Origin: Candidatus Nanoarchaeia archaeon
GTDB lineage: Archaea; Nanobdellota; Nanobdellia; Woesearchaeales; JANQNC01
Direction: 5' to 3'
Assembly (NCBI GenBank): GCA_028279745.1
Contig: JANQNC010000001.1
Span: 420,001-452,000 of the forward strand
DNA length: 32,000 nucleotides
The position numbers and the translations under genes were made by a program. The first letter of the stretch is position 1. Every line of letters starts with the position of its first letter. Below are positions 8,221 through 16,535 of this stretch, piece after piece. Under the pieces are notes generated by a model. It ran no database searches. It saw nothing but the letters and a program-made list of their open reading frames with translations, and was not told the DNA's origin.

Positions 8221-8493
8221 ATGAACTACGAAAGTGCGATTATAGGGCTGTCTATGGCTGCATTATCCTTAACACAAACGGGATGTGCGAAATCATACGT
8301 GCACGAGTCAAGAAGAGAACACAAACCGCTAACAGAACAAGAACAGATAGATCATATGGCAAAACAACTCGAAGACAGAATGAAAAAAATACACGAAGAC
8401 CAACTAAAAACCATACAAGGATTAGATATTTCAGACGAAGAAAAAAAGCGTCTCGAAAACAAATTAAAAGAAAATTATCAAAAAACAGAATAA
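8221..8493 (+). CDS. small putative lipoprotein (orphan)
   Basis: 90 aa. N-terminal hydrophobic segment ending in the lipobox-like LTQTG-C, followed by a charged helical E/K-rich region. ATG 8221 preferred over GTG 8215. Confidence 0.5.
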   Translation: MNYESAIIGLSMAALSLTQTGCAKSYVHESRREHKPLTEQEQIDHMAKQLEDRMKKIHEDQLKTIQGLDISDEEKKRLENKLKENYQKTE

Positions 8494-8502
8494 AAGGTTA
8501 AA

Positions 8503-8679
8503 ATGTTTCAAACAAAAGTAAAAAGATCATTCAGAAAAGCAAAAAACGAGTTTGAAGAGCTAAAAAGCTCAATAAACGAGTGGGTTCTATACTTAAGACA
8601 CGAGAATTTGCAGTTAAAACATAAAGTAGCAGAGCTGGAAGCTAAAATAAAACTAATCGAGTCAAGAGTACTTAACTAA
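8503..8679 (+). CDS. 58-aa coiled-coil protein (below the ORF-track size cutoff); paralog of the N-terminal module of the 16536-17207 protein
   Basis: ATG 8503 to TAA 8677-8679: MFQTKVKRSFRKAKNEFEELKSSINEWVLYLRHENLQLKHKVAELEAKIKLIESRVLN. It shares the EW[VI]xY[LF]xxxNx5[VL]AE[LI]ExK[IL] pattern with residues of about 27-52 of the 16536 ORF. Confidence 0.5.
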   Translation: MFQTKVKRSFRKAKNEFEELKSSINEWVLYLRHENLQLKHKVAELEAKIKLIESRVLN

Positions 8680-9068
8680 AACTTACTTCTAGGCCTAATA
8701 GGATTAAAACAATAAGGACATGAATCAGGCTTATGCATATCAACACTATATTTGAAAGCATAACCACACTTACTACACTTTATTTTACCAAAACCAACAT
8801 CCTTAAACCCAAACCCTTCCGATTTATCTTTCTGTTTTTGTCTATGAAGTCTTTCAATCAGTTCATCATCTTCGTCCCAACCAGGTGGTTTAGGGGGTTC
8901 TTCTTTCTCTTTTTCGTCAGCAACTTCTTTCCAAACTTCTTTTCTTTGGTTCTTTTCACGTACACAGTTAGGGCATACTGCCATCTGATAGTCTGGATCT
9001 ATAACAAACTCATCAGAAAACATTTCTTCTTCACACTTATTACATTTAACTTTGATTCTATCAGTCAT
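8676..9068 (-). CDS. double zinc-ribbon protein with an acidic linker (orphan)
   Basis: 130 aa from ATG 9068. CNKC...CPNC and CSKC...CPYC pairs are separated by an E/D/K-rich linker. A TATA box (9092-9101) is centred about 28 nt upstream. Confidence 0.6.
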   Translation of the reverse strand: MTDRIKVKCNKCEEEMFSDEFVIDPDYQMAVCPNCVREKNQRKEVWKEVADEKEKEEPPKPPGWDEDDELIERLHRQKQKDKSEGFGFKDVGFGKIKCSKCGYAFKYSVDMHKPDSCPYCFNPIRPRSKF

Positions 9069-9141
9069 AGTGTTCTTATTTTGCAGGAGATATATAAAAT
9101 TTGTCAGAAGGTTTATAAACAAAAAAGATTATGATGAAAAT

Positions 9142-10041
9142 ATGCAAAAAGAGGTAGATCACTTAACAAGAAACCTAATGGTACTTTCTTCACTACTATA
9201 CTTAATATCAATAAGTTTCATGTCAATAATAACAGAAACAGAGCTATCATTCACATTTATCGGGATGTTACCATTCTTAATGTACATAATATCCTTCTTC
9301 GCAATATACAACAAAGGATTAGTTAAAACATCAACAACATGGATAACCCCTTTAGTATTCCCGCTAATGTTCTACATAGTATGGAACACACAAACAATTG
9401 ATGTAGTAAGCAGAATGGAAGGTGGAGTTGTAGCAGTACTAAACATACTATTCTCATACGCATATAACGGCATAATCTTCCTATTCTTGAGAAAACACCA
9501 TTATGGAGAGTTAAGAAAAAGCAGACTAGCACACAAAGCAATGCACTACAAACAAAAAGCAGAAGCAAACCAAAACATAATAGAAGAGTTAAGAAATGAA
9601 CTAGACCACGTAAAAGAACAATCAAAAGTAAACTCAGACAACTTCTCAGTAAAACTAAGAGGTATAGAAGACAAGTGCAAAGCAATCAACTTCACAATAG
9701 GAAGAGTCTATTCAGACAAAAGAGGCGGAAGTAAAGACATAAGAGCCAAATTAAGAATACAAAAAGAACTATACAACCAATTCTCACAAATCACAGCAGA
9801 TATCAAAAAACACCACATAGACTACTTGTTGGACATATTGAGCAAGTTATACACGGAATTAACAGCACTAGAACTAAAAGAAAGACAAGTACTAGGGCAA
9901 AGAGTCTTAGATAAATACAAAGATGAACAAATCATAACAATATTAGCAATAAACGACAATGAACCCGTATTAGAATCATACACAGAAGCAAAAGAAGTAT
10001 GTGAAGGCCTGATTAAGTTCGTGAAAGGGGAAAATTATTAA
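9142..10041 (+). CDS. membrane protein (about 4 TM) with a C-terminal coiled-coil/cytoplasmic domain (orphan)
   Basis: 299 aa from ATG 9142. TTTATAAA (9112-9119) is centred 27 nt upstream. Hydrophobic segments in residues of about 10-125 are followed by a heptad-rich charged region. Confidence 0.6.
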   Translation: MQKEVDHLTRNLMVLSSLLYLISISFMSIITETELSFTFIGMLPFLMYIISFFAIYNKGLVKTSTTWITPLVFPLMFYIVWNTQTIDVVSRMEGGVVAVLNILFSYAYNGIIFLFLRKHHYGELRKSRLAHKAMHYKQKAEANQNIIEELRNELDHVKEQSKVNSDNFSVKLRGIEDKCKAINFTIGRVYSDKRGGSKDIRAKLRIQKELYNQFSQITADIKKHHIDYLLDILSKLYTELTALELKERQVLGQRVLDKYKDEQIITILAINDNEPVLESYTEAKEVCEGLIKFVKGENY

Positions 10042-10065
10042 TAAAACAACAAACTACCTTATTCT

Positions 10066-10851
10066 ATGAAAGAAAAAATAAAAGAGCTATGCCAACAAAT
10101 AGAGAAAGAGAAGAATGTAAAAATTCTATTTGCAATAGAAAATGGCAGCAGAGCTTGGAGAATGGACAGTAAAGACTCTGATTATGATGTAAGATTCGTA
10201 TTTGTAAGAGATGTAAAAGAATACATACAGATAAACCAACCAGGAGATGTAATAGAAGCATCATTTGATGAAAATGGCAACAAATGCGCAGCAGAAGGCG
10301 CAATAGTAGATATGGTAGGCTTTGACATATTCAAATATGCAAGAATGCTAACTTCTTCAAACCCAACAACAATAGAATGGCTAACAAGCGACATAGTATA
10401 CTACGGGGAACAGAACAAAGTATTCAAAGAGTTTGCAATAAAGAACTTCAGCAAGATATCCCTATATTTCCATTACAAATCAATGGGAAGAAACAATTAC
10501 CTAAAATACCTAAAATCAGGCAATCTGGTTACATACAAGAAATATCTTTATGCATACAGAGGTTTGATCAATGCAAAATGGGTTGTACACAAAGGAACCG
10601 TGCCACCAATCAAGTTTGTTGATGCAATAAAAGGAATGGAAAGCATAATTCCAGAAAACATCATGAATAAGCTAAATGAAATAATAAAACTAAAAGCAGA
10701 AGGCAAAGAAAAAGACATAATCCAAAACATCGTAAGTATGGACAACTACTTTGAAGAATTCTTGAAAAATGACGATGAAGCACCAAAAGAGAAGACTTAT
10801 GCAACATTCAATGAACTAAATGATGAGATCAGAAGGATAATACTCAAATAA
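10066..10851 (+). CDS. predicted nucleotidyltransferase, RlaP/YcgL type (PF10127-like)
   Basis: LFAIENGSRAWRMDSKDSDYDVRFVFV matches the G-S-R-A-x-G...SD-x-D-x-R-x-V motif of this pol-beta-superfamily group. 261 aa. Confidence 0.7.
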   Translation: MKEKIKELCQQIEKEKNVKILFAIENGSRAWRMDSKDSDYDVRFVFVRDVKEYIQINQPGDVIEASFDENGNKCAAEGAIVDMVGFDIFKYARMLTSSNPTTIEWLTSDIVYYGEQNKVFKEFAIKNFSKISLYFHYKSMGRNNYLKYLKSGNLVTYKKYLYAYRGLINAKWVVHKGTVPPIKFVDAIKGMESIIPENIMNKLNEIIKLKAEGKEKDIIQNIVSMDNYFEEFLKNDDEAPKEKTYATFNELNDEIRRIILK

Positions 10852-10926
10852 CCAACGTCATCTAATGTTTCTTAAACGAACATTCAGAAATCTTTATATA
10901 TAATAACTACAAGTTCTAGGTGTAAA

Positions 10927-11466
10927 ATGGTAACAATGACAAATTTAACAGAAAATGACATAAAAAACATGGCACAAGAAGCAAAACCATACCTAAGAAT
11001 AAGACTTCCTGACCAGTTTGAGGAATATGTTAAACTACTAAACAACCCAAACCCAACAGAAAAGGATCAAAGAATATCATTATTTCTAAAAGCAAGAATG
11101 ATGACCTGGTCAATTGAGTCAAGACAAGCTTTAGCAGATTCATACGCAATAAACTACCAACTCGCAGCAGAAGAAAGCCAAGAAGACCAAATGTTAGAAA
11201 ATGCAAGAAAGTATGAACTGGCAGACCTTCTTATCAAAACAAACCAACAAGAACACCAAGAAAGAGAAAAACTTGCTGAAAAACTAGTTCAGAACGAATT
11301 ACACTTCAGCCAAGAACAAAACTTGGAAGAAAGCGTATTAATCGAGAATCTTTTTACCAATCACCCAAATGTTGAAAGAAAATACGCAAAAGAGTACATC
11401 ACCACAGTAAATAGGCAATATGTACCAAAAGACAGAAGAACATTTCAAATGGTTGCAAACCAGTAA
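10927..11466 (+). CDS. hypothetical helical protein (orphan)
   Basis: 179 aa, Q/E-rich with clean coding periodicity. Its stop lies 1 nt before the next ATG, suggesting an operon with the tandem-STAS gene. Confidence 0.55.
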   Translation: MVTMTNLTENDIKNMAQEAKPYLRIRLPDQFEEYVKLLNNPNPTEKDQRISLFLKARMMTWSIESRQALADSYAINYQLAAEESQEDQMLENARKYELADLLIKTNQQEHQEREKLAEKLVQNELHFSQEQNLEESVLIENLFTNHPNVERKYAKEYITTVNRQYVPKDRRTFQMVANQ

Positions 11467-11467
11467 A

Positions 11468-12106
11468 ATGTACAAAAAACTAGAAATAAGCCAACAAGAG
11501 ATAAATGAAGGTAGTAAAAGTAACCACCTTCATGATAAAATAAACCAGGCAATGCAAGAAACAGACCATCTACTTATAGACTTACAGAACACAGACTATC
11601 TAGCAAGCTGGGGACTTGGGATGTTATTAACTGCACAAAAAGGCATGAAAGACAAACAAGGAAGTCTTGGAATAGTGAATTTATCAAAAAGAGGAAGAGA
11701 TCTACTTAAAGAAGCCAACCAAGAAGGAATGCTGCCATTATATGACTGCGAACAAGAATATAAAAACAGTCTAAACCAAAACGATAAAAAAATAAATTAT
11801 AATATAACAAAAGTAGAAGAAATCGAAACATCAGCAGAAGAAAAGCTACTAGAACGCCTAGAGACAAAAGTTAAAGACTCAGAAAATCTAATTATAGATC
11901 TAATAGACACAAAATACATATCAAGCGCAATATTCAGCGTATTAACACGTATAAACTACCAAATGAAAGAGAAAAAAGGCAGGATGGGAATAATAAATCC
12001 TCCCTCAACAACAGAAGAAATAATAAAAGACCTTAATCTTTACCCTTCACTAGAAATATACGAAAGCGAACAAGAATTTAGAGAATATCTAGAAACAAAA
12101 CAATAA
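11468..12106 (+). CDS. tandem STAS-domain (SpoIIAA/anti-sigma-antagonist-like) protein
   Basis: 212 aa from ATG 11468. Two internal repeats: HLLIDLQNTDYLASWGLGMLL...GSLGIVNLSKRGRDLL...LPLYDCEQEY and NLIIDLIDTKYISSAIFSVLT...GRMGIINPPSTTEEII...LEIYESEQEF. Both fit the [LIV]D[LM]xxVx[FY][IM]DSxG[LI]xxL...GxLxLxN...[IL][YF] STAS pattern. Confidence 0.5.
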   Translation: MYKKLEISQQEINEGSKSNHLHDKINQAMQETDHLLIDLQNTDYLASWGLGMLLTAQKGMKDKQGSLGIVNLSKRGRDLLKEANQEGMLPLYDCEQEYKNSLNQNDKKINYNITKVEEIETSAEEKLLERLETKVKDSENLIIDLIDTKYISSAIFSVLTRINYQMKEKKGRMGIINPPSTTEEIIKDLNLYPSLEIYESEQEFREYLETKQ

Positions 12107-12125
12107 ATAAAACCAGAGGTGGACT

Positions 12126-12938
12126 ATGAAAAAGCTTGAAACAGAACTAAAATTAAGAGCGTTCAGCCAAAAAACAATACAAGCCTACATATACCACAAC
12201 ACAGAATTCTTAAAATTCATAGAAAAAGACGAAGAAAAAATAACCGAAGATGACATAAAACTATACTTAGCACATGTAATGACAGAAAAAGAATACAAAC
12301 CTGCTTCTACCAATCTTTGCCTAAGTGCATTGAAGTTCTACTATCAAGAAATACTAGGTAAAAACATATTTGCAAAGATAAAAGCTCCAAAACTAGAAAA
12401 AAAGTTGCCAACAGTATTAACAAAAGACGAGATGAGCAAACTAATATCTGCAGCAACAAACCCAAAACACAGATTGTTAGTAGAGTTGATGTATAGTAGC
12501 GGATTGCGGGTTTCAGAAGTTGTAAACATGAAAATAGACGACTTAGACCTTAACGAAAGAATGGGAAAAGTAATAGCAGGAAAAGGAAAAAAAGACAGAC
12601 ACATAATACTCTCAGAAGCACTATGCGAGCATTTAGAGGATTATCTAGTTGAGAGAGATGACAACAATCCTTACGTGTTTAATATACGAGAAACACACAT
12701 AACAGTAAGACAAGCACAAAGAGTAGTCAAAAGTTTAGCTTTGAAAGCAGGAATAAAGAAAAGAGTGTTTTGTCATGCGTTAAGAAGCTCATTTGCAACA
12801 CACCTATTGGAAAGTGGAACAGACATACGTATAATACAAGAATTGTTGGGACATAGTAATTTGCAAACTACTGAAAGATACACAAAAGTAAGCACAGAGC
12901 AATTAAAGAAAGTAAAAAGTCCTTTGGATGATATGTGA
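12126..12938 (+). CDS. xerA: tyrosine recombinase, XerA/XerC-like
   Basis: N-terminal SAM-like core-binding domain (LRAFSQKTIQAYIYHNTEFLKF) and catalytic residues in GLRVSEV (R), HALRSSFATHLL (HxxR) and LGHSNLQTTERYTKV (H, Y). GAGGTGG lies 5 nt upstream of the ATG. Confidence 0.85.
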   Translation: MKKLETELKLRAFSQKTIQAYIYHNTEFLKFIEKDEEKITEDDIKLYLAHVMTEKEYKPASTNLCLSALKFYYQEILGKNIFAKIKAPKLEKKLPTVLTKDEMSKLISAATNPKHRLLVELMYSSGLRVSEVVNMKIDDLDLNERMGKVIAGKGKKDRHIILSEALCEHLEDYLVERDDNNPYVFNIRETHITVRQAQRVVKSLALKAGIKKRVFCHALRSSFATHLLESGTDIRIIQELLGHSNLQTTERYTKVSTEQLKKVKSPLDDM

Positions 12939-14336
12939 TCATTTCTTGAGTTTAGTTATTAGGACGATTAAAGCAATCTCTATCCAGAATATAAAAAGAA
13001 TTTCTACAATAGCTAAATGATGTTGAACCAAAGAATGAACTAAAGTTGCTGAAATTGAACAGATCAAACCAATCATTAACGCATTGAAACCTTGCTTTTT
13101 GATGAATGAGAAGGTTGTTTTGTATATCCTAGCAAGAAGCCAGATGAATGCAGCCAATGCAAATATTCCTGTCTCTGCAGCGATAATCAAGAAATAGTTA
13201 TAGACATAATGCTGATATCCTACTTGGTTTATTGCCATATATGAACCAAGACCCCCACCAAATAAAGGGTTCTGCCTGAATAAGTCTAACCCAAGATTCC
13301 AATAATGAACTCTACCACTAGCAAAATTAGAGTCTAACTTCTCATCAAATATTTGGAAAGCATTTCTGCAAAACACGTTATGAGTGCATGAACGAGTATC
13401 CTTAATAGAGAACAAAAAAACAGAAGATAGCACAACCAAAACTAAGATTATTGTTGCAATTATCTTATGATGTTTAGCAAAAGAAAACTCCTTTTTGAAA
13501 GATAAGATTATCAATAAAAGAATGCCTGCAAAAACACCAACAAGGGCGCCAGCAGATATCGACAAGATAAGTGCTATGGATGAGAAAATTGCCATAAAGA
13601 TGTAAAACCAATGCTTCTTTTCCTTATTAAAGAACGCGAGAGAGAACGCTAAAGGAACTATTAGAGTCAAATAACCCCCAAATTCATTAGAATCATAAAA
13701 GTCTGCAGAAGCCGCATAATGACTTTTCACAACCTGAAAAACAGCAAAAGAACATACAAAAAAAGCAGACAAAAGCAATAAGAAAACAATATTATTAATT
13801 TGTTTTTTTGTTTTAATCGTGTTAACGATTAAGTAGAAAAATGCAATAACCTCCACAATGTTAAACAACAGATACATGAAAAAATAAGGATCCCAAGGCT
13901 GGATGACAAGGATGTGGTTAAGCCTAGAGAAAAAAGTTCCAAACGAAGGATTAATTTTTGTGAAGAATAATAATGAGGACAACAAAATTAGCAACAGATA
14001 AGCAATTATGGGCTTATCTAAAGGTGTTTTTATGAATAATTTTTCTTTATTGGTTGCCTTTTTTATGACGAAAGCGAGGAACACAGATAAGAAAATGAGT
14101 TCTATAATTGAGAAAGGAAATGGGCCAAATCTCTCACCAAACCTTACAAGTAATGGAGCCAAAAAAACAACAAGATAAACCCCATATTCTGGCTTGAATA
14201 GAGTAATCGTGAATGATAAAAGTATGAACATTAGCGTTATCGGATAACTTAAGAAAGGAAGAATGAAAAAACCACAAAGTAAGATTAGAAAAACAATTAT
14301 CAAAGAATAAATCAACGAATTATTTCTCTCAGCCAT
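12939..14336 (-). CDS. O-antigen ligase-like (Wzy_C domain) polytopic membrane protein, paralog 1
   Basis: About 11-12 TM segments. Loop motif GGGLGSYMAIN...YQHYVYNYFLIIAAETGIFALAAF resembles the Wzy_C signature. Start moved to ATG 14336 (MAERNNSL) because the ORF-track start at 14396 is a TTG. Confidence 0.7.
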   Translation of the reverse strand: MAERNNSLIYSLIIVFLILLCGFFILPFLSYPITLMFILLSFTITLFKPEYGVYLVVFLAPLLVRFGERFGPFPFSIIELIFLSVFLAFVIKKATNKEKLFIKTPLDKPIIAYLLLILLSSLLFFTKINPSFGTFFSRLNHILVIQPWDPYFFMYLLFNIVEVIAFFYLIVNTIKTKKQINNIVFLLLLSAFFVCSFAVFQVVKSHYAASADFYDSNEFGGYLTLIVPLAFSLAFFNKEKKHWFYIFMAIFSSIALILSISAGALVGVFAGILLLIILSFKKEFSFAKHHKIIATIILVLVVLSSVFLFSIKDTRSCTHNVFCRNAFQIFDEKLDSNFASGRVHYWNLGLDLFRQNPLFGGGLGSYMAINQVGYQHYVYNYFLIIAAETGIFALAAFIWLLARIYKTTFSFIKKQGFNALMIGLICSISATLVHSLVQHHLAIVEILFIFWIEIALIVLITKLKK

Positions 14337-14360
14337 CCTAGAGATAAAATGTATGAAAGG

Positions 14361-14370
14361 ATTTATAAAT
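14361..14370. promoter_or_regulatory. palindromic TATA box ATTTATAAAT shared by divergent genes
   Basis: The sequence is self-complementary. Its centre lies about 29-30 nt from each divergent start codon, ATG 14336 (minus) and ATG 14396 (plus). This is close to the TATA-to-ATG spacing seen at other leaderless genes in the window. Confidence 0.45.
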
Positions 14371-14395
14371 ATTCTTATCAGATAAAAGAGAAACA

Positions 14396-15799
14396 ATGAA
14401 AGAGAAAGGCAACAAAACCGCGAATATTCTGCTTGTAATACCTATAATAATCATCGCACTTGCAATACTAAGAACACCTTTGCCAGTCATCATATCATGC
14501 ATACTTTTACTTGCTTTCTACTTGAAACACCCACACCAAGCAATACTAATATACGCATTAATCTTAGTGCCTTCAAAAGTACTTAACTATTATTTTGGAG
14601 GAGGGTATGTTTCGATGCCAAAAACACTATTTTTACCTCTACTAATCGGATGGATAGTTATGCTCACAAAAGGAAAAAAAATCAAAAAAACAAGGTTAGA
14701 TCTGCCAATTTTGGTGTTTGGCGCACTGACCTTAATCTCGGGTTTAATCACGTTTTTCATAACCCCAAAAAGCACGACAGCATTTAGTTATCTTCTTCAA
14801 AGCTTTACAAACTTAGTGCCAATAACATCGCCTTACGCATTCATATTCTACACCACCAACACTTTGATAGGACTGCTTGCTTTCTTTTTCATAACAAACC
14901 ACATAGAAGACATCAAACAAATAAAAAACATAATGTTTGCATTTCTCATTTCAGGCATACCTTTAGCAATACACGCAATAATAGAGGCAATAATCACACC
15001 TTCCAGGACTGGCGTGAAAACAATATTTTTCGACCCAAATTTTTTCATATCATATCTAAGCTTTCCAATGGTATTCTCAATAGGTATGTTATTTATAGCA
15101 AGTAGATGGAGAGCAAAATTATCTTATCTAGCTGCCGCATTGCTGTTTAGTGCTGTCTGGGTTTTATCAAAATCAACAGCAGGCTGGGGAGGGATGATAG
15201 TTGCATTAGCAATCTTCTTTTTCGTGCTAAGCAAGAATAAGATAGTAAAGTGGAGATACCCAATAATAATCACAATACTTATCATCATTTCGACCTTGTT
15301 CTTATCAACACAATACTCCGGAGAGCTATTAAAAGAAACCCCTTTATCTAACATACAAACAGAAGTATACTGGACTGTTCATTCTGATGATATAAACGAG
15401 CTTACAAGCGAAAGAGTAGAACGGTTCTGGGCACATGGCTGGGAACTGATTAAAGAAAAACCGTTGATTGGACATGGGTTTGGAAGAACATTCAAAATGC
15501 ACTGGGGCACTCTGTCCCCCCTACACAACCACTACATACAGTTAGCAGCAGATGCAGGAATCTTTTATCTTCTTGCGTTCATATGGATTGTTGTGATGAT
15601 CTATGTTGAAGGGGTGAGAAGGCTAAAAACATACCCTGTGCTGACTGTAACATTGATAGCAGCAATAACAACAACAATACTGCATCTAGTGGCACAAACG
15701 CTCTTTATACTGAATGAGATAAACCTATTATTCTGGATAGTTTTGGGATTATTGGTTGCGATACCTTCAAAAATCCAAAATAAAAAATCTAAGAAATGA
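14396..15799 (+). CDS. O-antigen ligase-like (Wzy_C domain) polytopic membrane protein, paralog 2
   Basis: 467 aa with about 12 TM segments. Motif GHGFGRTFK...LHNHYIQLAADAGIFYLLAF is Wzy_C-like. Confidence 0.7.
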   Translation: MKEKGNKTANILLVIPIIIIALAILRTPLPVIISCILLLAFYLKHPHQAILIYALILVPSKVLNYYFGGGYVSMPKTLFLPLLIGWIVMLTKGKKIKKTRLDLPILVFGALTLISGLITFFITPKSTTAFSYLLQSFTNLVPITSPYAFIFYTTNTLIGLLAFFFITNHIEDIKQIKNIMFAFLISGIPLAIHAIIEAIITPSRTGVKTIFFDPNFFISYLSFPMVFSIGMLFIASRWRAKLSYLAAALLFSAVWVLSKSTAGWGGMIVALAIFFFVLSKNKIVKWRYPIIITILIIISTLFLSTQYSGELLKETPLSNIQTEVYWTVHSDDINELTSERVERFWAHGWELIKEKPLIGHGFGRTFKMHWGTLSPLHNHYIQLAADAGIFYLLAFIWIVVMIYVEGVRRLKTYPVLTVTLIAAITTTILHLVAQTLFILNEINLLFWIVLGLLVAIPSKIQNKKSKK

Positions 15800-15860
15800 T
15801 AATAAGTTTTAATCATTATTATGATTATAAAATTTAATCAAAAAATAAAAGTTTTGTTTA

Positions 15861-16394
15861 CTATTTTTTTATGATGGACTGGTCAAAACAATCTAGAGTT
15901 ACTGTTCTAGATATGCCAAGAACATTAGATTTAGCTTGCAGTTCCTTAAACGCAGGATCTAAGGTGAAGAAGGCTTTTCCGTTTACATCATTTCTCCTGC
16001 TGTGCTTCTTTATAGGAATAGACTTAGTTATTAGATTATTAAGATAATATCTAACATAAGACTCACTTCTACCGATCCTTTCACACAGATCAGAGTAGCT
16101 CAAGGCCCTGTCTGCAGTATAGAACACCATAAACAACTCCTTCTCCTGCTCAGAAAGATTGATCTTTTTTGGTCGGGGGTTTAAGTTTTTACCTTCAAAT
16201 TTGGCAGCAAAGGCAAGAACAGCATCTAACTTTTTCTCAACAGAACTCAGTCTTTCATCAAGTTCCATAAGGTAAGAGTAGTTATTTTCAATCTCGTTAG
16301 AAGAGTCATTAATCGAGCTCAAATGATCCTCAAGCTCTTCTTTTATGGAGCCCAGCTCCAGTTTCAACTCGGATTTATCACTGTCTTTTTTCAC
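15861..16394 (-). CDS. coiled-coil plus winged-helix/HTH DNA-binding protein (orphan)
   Basis: 177 aa. N-terminal heptad region (LKLELGSIKEELEDHLSSINDSSNEIENNY...VEKKLDAVL) and C-terminal LSEQEKELFMVFYTADRALSYSDLCERIGRSESYVRYYLNNL HTH. GTG start with GGGGGTG 9 nt upstream; the start is uncertain. Confidence 0.6.
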   Translation of the reverse strand: MKKDSDKSELKLELGSIKEELEDHLSSINDSSNEIENNYSYLMELDERLSSVEKKLDAVLAFAAKFEGKNLNPRPKKINLSEQEKELFMVFYTADRALSYSDLCERIGRSESYVRYYLNNLITKSIPIKKHSRRNDVNGKAFFTLDPAFKELQAKSNVLGISRTVTLDCFDQSIIKK

Positions 16395-16535
16395 TATCTA
16401 TGCACCCCCGTACGTATTATGAATGAGGTGGTTTATAAAGATATTTGTTGTAGAAAATCTATATTTTGAAGTTATGTATTCAGTGATGTGGAAAATAAAT
16501 CCAACGTAAGGTTTATATAGTACTTTGGCTTATAA

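Noticed and set aside
8112-8501. 129-aa ORF overlapping the lipoprotein gene in another frame
   Set aside because: Its R/K-rich C-terminus is typical of an off-frame reading of an E/K-rich gene, and its N-terminus lies in AT-rich promoter DNA. The 8221-8493 frame gives a sensible signal peptide/lipobox protein.
12126-12938. Treating the Xer-type recombinase alone as proof of a prophage or integrated element
   Set aside because: Archaeal XerA is a housekeeping chromosome-dimer resolvase of the same size and motif set. The island idea is kept only as a hypothesis, based on context rather than on this gene alone.
14337-14396. 20-codon extension of Wzy_C paralog 1 that would share position 14396 with the divergent gene start
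   Set aside because: The start is a TTG and the extension would run through the shared TATA box. ATG 14336 is equivalent in position to the start of the divergent partner gene.
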